This document shows, in pieces, positions 61,743 to 64,000 of a stretch of DNA of 64,000 bases (position 1 is its first letter; each line of letters opens with the position of its first letter). The translations under genes were made by a program, and so were the position numbers. The notes beneath the pieces were generated by a model. That model saw only the letters and a program-made list of their open reading frames with translations, made no database searches and was not told the origin of the DNA. This DNA is from Octopus sinensis (taxonomy: Eukaryota): contig NC_043008.1 of NCBI RefSeq assembly GCF_006345805.1, positions 49,786,001 through 49,850,000 of the forward strand, given 5' to 3'.

Positions 61743-64000
61743 CAGTAAGAAAGCTGGCTAACTCAGATGAATCTGTACAAACTGAATCCCACCATCTTTC
61801 CATCTCGTTGCCTTGTCTCAATATTAAATCTCCATTAGAATTCCTCTGCAGAAACAGAAAAACAATTTTAATCCTTTTGTTACCAAATTCCTGTTTTTTT
61901 TTTTTTTTTTTTTTGTTAACGAAGAATGTCATTAAGTTGATGTTTTGAACATAAATGGACATAAAGTTTTGACGAAAGGTTTTAATTGAAATAACTTTAA
62001 AAAAGTGTTTCTTGGGACCGAGTTTTGATGGGTTTCCATTGAAAGGAGTTGAACCAATGAGACTTGTTATTCACTTGAAACTAATAATAATACCATAAAA
62101 TGCTAGGCGCTGGTGTGACTGTGTGTTAAGAAGTTTGCTTCCTATTCACATGTTTCCAGGTTCAGTCCCAGCTGAGTGACACCTTGGGTAAGTGTCTTCT
62201 ACTGTAGCCCTGGGCTGACCAAATCCTTGTGAATAGATTTGGTAGATGGAAACTGAAAGAAGCCTGTCATGAGTGTGTGCGTGTGTGTGCTTGTGTTTCC
62301 TTGTCTGGAAATGCTGTCCAAACCAGGAGACAATGATTGTTGTAAATGATTGTCATGGTCTTACAAGCTGTCATCTATTTCCAATATTCTGCGAGAAGAT
62401 GTCTGGCCATGGAGAAATATCACCTTGATTGGAAACAGGTGAGGATTGACAACAGGAAGGTCATCCAACTGTAGGAAACCTGCTTCAATAAATTCCATCC
62501 AACCCATGAAAGCATGGAAAAGCGCTTGATAAACTGTGGCTGATGATGATGACTAAATAATTGTATAAGTAGTTGTGTTCTAGTTTTTCGCTGCAGTTTG
62601 TAAGCCATGGTAAATCATTCCTGCCATGTCTTTGGGTGAAGATGGATCCTTATTCTAGTGTGGATGTCTTTTAATTCCATCCACTCTGTAATCCTTATTT
62701 TACCTTCTTTTGTCTTTGAAATCAGTCTTCAAGTTCTAACACCCACCCTACTTTCTTTGTAATTCTTTTATTGTATATTTCTTTTGTCTTTTCAATTGAT
62801 TTATCGTTCTTTGCACCAAACATTTAAGAACCATAATCTACAGACAAAAAAAAGTTTTTAAACTTTATCTTTTTAAAGAAATATAAAAAGTACTTTATTT
62901 ATTTTTTTTATCTTGTATATCATTTCTGAGTATTTGTGTCTCCTTATCTTGACATCATGTGATAGTTGTATATTAGTGTCACAGCGATGCAAGCAGTGTC
63001 TTTGTTTCCAGTATTTTCCAGAAAAGATGGGGAAATGTTATCTTGCTTGGAAACCAGTGAGGGTTGTTGACAGCAAGGGCATCCTGTTGTTAAAAAAAAT
63101 CTGATTCAAATAAACTTCTGATTTATACAAGCATTCGAAAAGTGAACTTTAAATGATTATTATCATCATCATCATCAGGTTGAGCTTGTTGCATGGATTG
63201 CCATGACTCATTCTCTCCTATCCATTCAGTCTGCTGTTGCACTCAGATGTTCTTTGCGAGTGCACTTAGAGTCCTTGCACAGTTGCTTTATGTAGGTCTG
63301 ATGTGGTCTGCTAACATTTGCATAGCTGTGCTTCAGTTCCCAAAGAAGAATACTTCTGATCTCACCCTTTGCTCTCCAGCAATATCCAGCAAATATAGTT
63401 CTTTCTCTGAAAAGTGGTAAATTATCTTACTCTTTTACTTGTTTCAGTCATTTGACTGTGGACATGCTGGAGCACCACCTTTAGTTGAATAAATTGACCC
63501 CAGGACTTATTCTTTGTAAGCCTAGTACTTATTCTATTGGTCTCTTTTGCCGAACTGCTAAGTTATGGGGACATAAACACACCAGCATCAGTTGTTAAGT
63601 GATGTTGGGGGGACAAACATACACACACATATATACGACAGGCTTTTTTCAATTTCCATCTACTAAATCCACTCACAAGGCTTTGGTCGGCCCGAGGCTA
63701 TAGTAGAAGACACTTGCCCAAGGTGCCATGCAGTGGGACTGAACCCGGAACCATGTGGTTTGTAAGAAAGCTACTTACCACACGGCCATTCCTGCGCCTA
63801 CAGAAGTTCTTTCGTAGAGTGTTATTTCCAGATGTCCAGAGCAGCTCAAAGCATTTGTGTACAAGTTCTGTCAATTTTCTTTTCAAACCGCTTTGTTAGA
63901 GTTCATGTTGTTGTACATCCTTATAACAGAACTGACTGCACAACTGTCTGAAAGAAATTTCATTTTAAATTTAATGAAAGCTTAGATTTCCACATTGTTG

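Noticed and set aside
60955-61962. 335-aa antisense ORF across the TIPIN repeat array
   Set aside because: Expected by-product of a 51-bp repeat lacking stops in that frame; starts in low-complexity sequence, no recognisable domain.

Overview
AT-rich, microsatellite-dense eukaryotic DNA whose SINE/RTE-LINE/MITE repertoire looks like Octopus (inference from repeat families). Three host genes, assembled by hand from GT-AG exons: (1) the 5' part of a minus-strand gene for a signal-peptide protein, possibly with a ZP-N-like domain (exons 3836-4055 and 206-402; continues off the left edge); (2) a complete 6-exon triosephosphate isomerase gene (TPI, 247 aa, 20944-33649, +); (3) an 8-coding-exon TIPIN/Swi3 gene (595 aa predicted, 41625-61742, +) with an E2F-site promoter and an unusual C-terminal array of 13 x 17-aa repeats. 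The most striking non-genic signal is a recurring insertion architecture: (AT)n - unique tail - arm - short spacer - inverted arm - (AT)n, often with outward-pointing type I hammerhead ribozymes in both arms. It appears as a 4.9-kb Naiad-like Penelope retroelement foldback (RT + GIY-YIG ORF) in a TIPIN intron and as 0.17-0.57-kb non-coding versions at 7.4, 13.2, 19.7, 36.7 and 37.9 kb, plus a solo hammerhead at 36.0 kb. Also present: older Penelope remnants, RTE LINE fragments, Tc1/mariner, piggyBac- and hAT-like MITEs, Helitron-like elements and many tRNA-derived SINEs. Coordinates of degenerate repeats are approximate; no database searches were run.
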